Below are positions 14,771-15,465 of a stretch of DNA of 15,465 bases, in pieces (the stretch's first letter is position 1; every line of letters begins with the position of its first letter). This stretch comes from Candidatus Hermodarchaeota archaeon. GTDB taxonomy: Archaea > Asgardarchaeota > Hermodarchaeia > Hermodarchaeales > Hermodarchaeaceae. Location: assembly GCA_016840065.1 (NCBI GenBank), contig JAEOTB010000069.1:1-15465 (forward strand), in the 5' to 3' direction. Made by a program: the position numbers and the translations under genes. Under the pieces are notes generated by a model. That model was not told where the DNA came from. It did no database searches and saw only the letters and a list, made by a program, of their open reading frames with translations.

Positions 14771-15465
14771 ATGTCAGGTATACTGAGAGAGTTAGGTGAC
14801 GAGCTCGTTCTCCGCTATCTCCGCAAATCCGATATCAATTCCTTGGAAGAGCATGTAAAACTAGTACATGGCAAATGGGTTGGTAGTATAGTTCAGCGAA
14901 TGATCGACCACTACCCAAAATTTTCTTTGAAAGATAATTTCGTCGTAGTTGACACAAAGGATGAAAAGGTCGTTGCTTACCTCTGCTTAATGAGGAGAAC
15001 CTTTGTTCTCAACGGCGTCAAAATCCCCGTCGGTCAAATGGATATCGTAGGAACTCATCCGGATTACAGGAACAGGGGACTCATTAGACAGTTAAATGAA
15101 GTCTTTGAAGAAAAAGTCGCTGCTTACAAACTACCACTTCTATCAATAGCTGGGATTCCCTACTACTACAGGCAATTTGGATACGAATTCGCGGTACACA
15201 TGACCCAGGGGCTCCCAATTCCCACAGAAAGGATTCCCAAACTGAAAGAGGGCGAGGAGGAGCCAGTCACATTCGAGCAAGTGACCAAGCACACCTTTCC
15301 AACCTATCTTGCCTGCCGTGCAAAGAATAATTCCTTCTTGGATTTGTACTACGAACTCGGATCTGAGCACTTCCTATTCTATTCAACAGGAGAACTAGGC
15401 GAAACCGCATCGATTAGATTCTACATCGTCAAACAGAAAGACCAAGTCGTTGGTGCCTTTTACCT
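14771..15465 (+). CDS. GNAT family N-acetyltransferase (Eis-like), 3' end runs off the window
   Basis: Manual translation from ATG 14771: MSGILRELGDELVLRYLR...IPVGQMDIVGTHPDYRNRGLIRQL...IAGIPYYYRQFGYEFAV, with acetyl-CoA motif A and YxxFGY. TTTTAA at 14738-14743 suggests a leaderless start. Absent from the ORF track. Confidence 0.92.
   Translation, partial: MSGILRELGDELVLRYLRKSDINSLEEHVKLVHGKWVGSIVQRMIDHYPKFSLKDNFVVVDTKDEKVVAYLCLMRRTFVLNGVKIPVGQMDIVGTHPDYRNRGLIRQLNEVFEEKVAAYKLPLLSIAGIPYYYRQFGYEFAVHMTQGLPIPTERIPKLKEGEEEPVTFEQVTKHTFPTYLACRAKNNSFLDLYYELGSEHFLFYSTGELGETASIRFYIVKQKDQVVGAFY

Noticed and set aside
3216-15370. Remaining short ORF-track entries overlapping called genes (for example 3216-3473, 3689-3937, 6324-6617, 7049-7450, 11017-11355, 12998-13423, 13592-13903, 15143-15370)
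   Set aside because: Antisense or out-of-frame shadows of better-supported genes, with no motifs or start signals.

Overview
Archaeal genomic DNA: GGTGA/GGAGGTG Shine-Dalgarno sites, TTTATA/TTTTAA boxes about 28 nt before probable leaderless starts, and an orphan mtrH. The gene content suggests an Asgard- or Bathyarchaeia-like anaerobe (inference only). The left third (about 720-5620) is an AT-richer accessory patch upstream of an HD-domain phosphohydrolase gene (1-716, minus strand, missed by the ORF track). It holds three orphan membrane proteins, an ApeA-like HEPN nuclease and several gene scars. Its clearest structure is a second, diverged copy of the first 43 codons of the HD gene at 1687-1815 (108/129 nt identical, mostly synonymous changes). 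The two copies bracket a single cargo gene and share a perfectly identical 35-bp core that is itself an imperfect palindrome. This looks like an integrase-less cassette inserted into the 5' end of a coding gene that it also restores. A second single gene is bounded by 16-bp direct repeats (4169 and 5403). The right two thirds are GC-richer core-like genes: a HEAT-repeat protein, an alkyl-DHAP-synthase-like flavoprotein coupled to a 2x[4Fe-4S]/CCG protein, a YdjM-type membrane hydrolase, a DHA1 MFS transporter, a variant stand-alone MtrH, a small Cys-rich protein, DUF2225 and an Eis-like GNAT (also missed by the ORF track). I found no tRNA, rRNA, CRISPR array, integrase or transposase.
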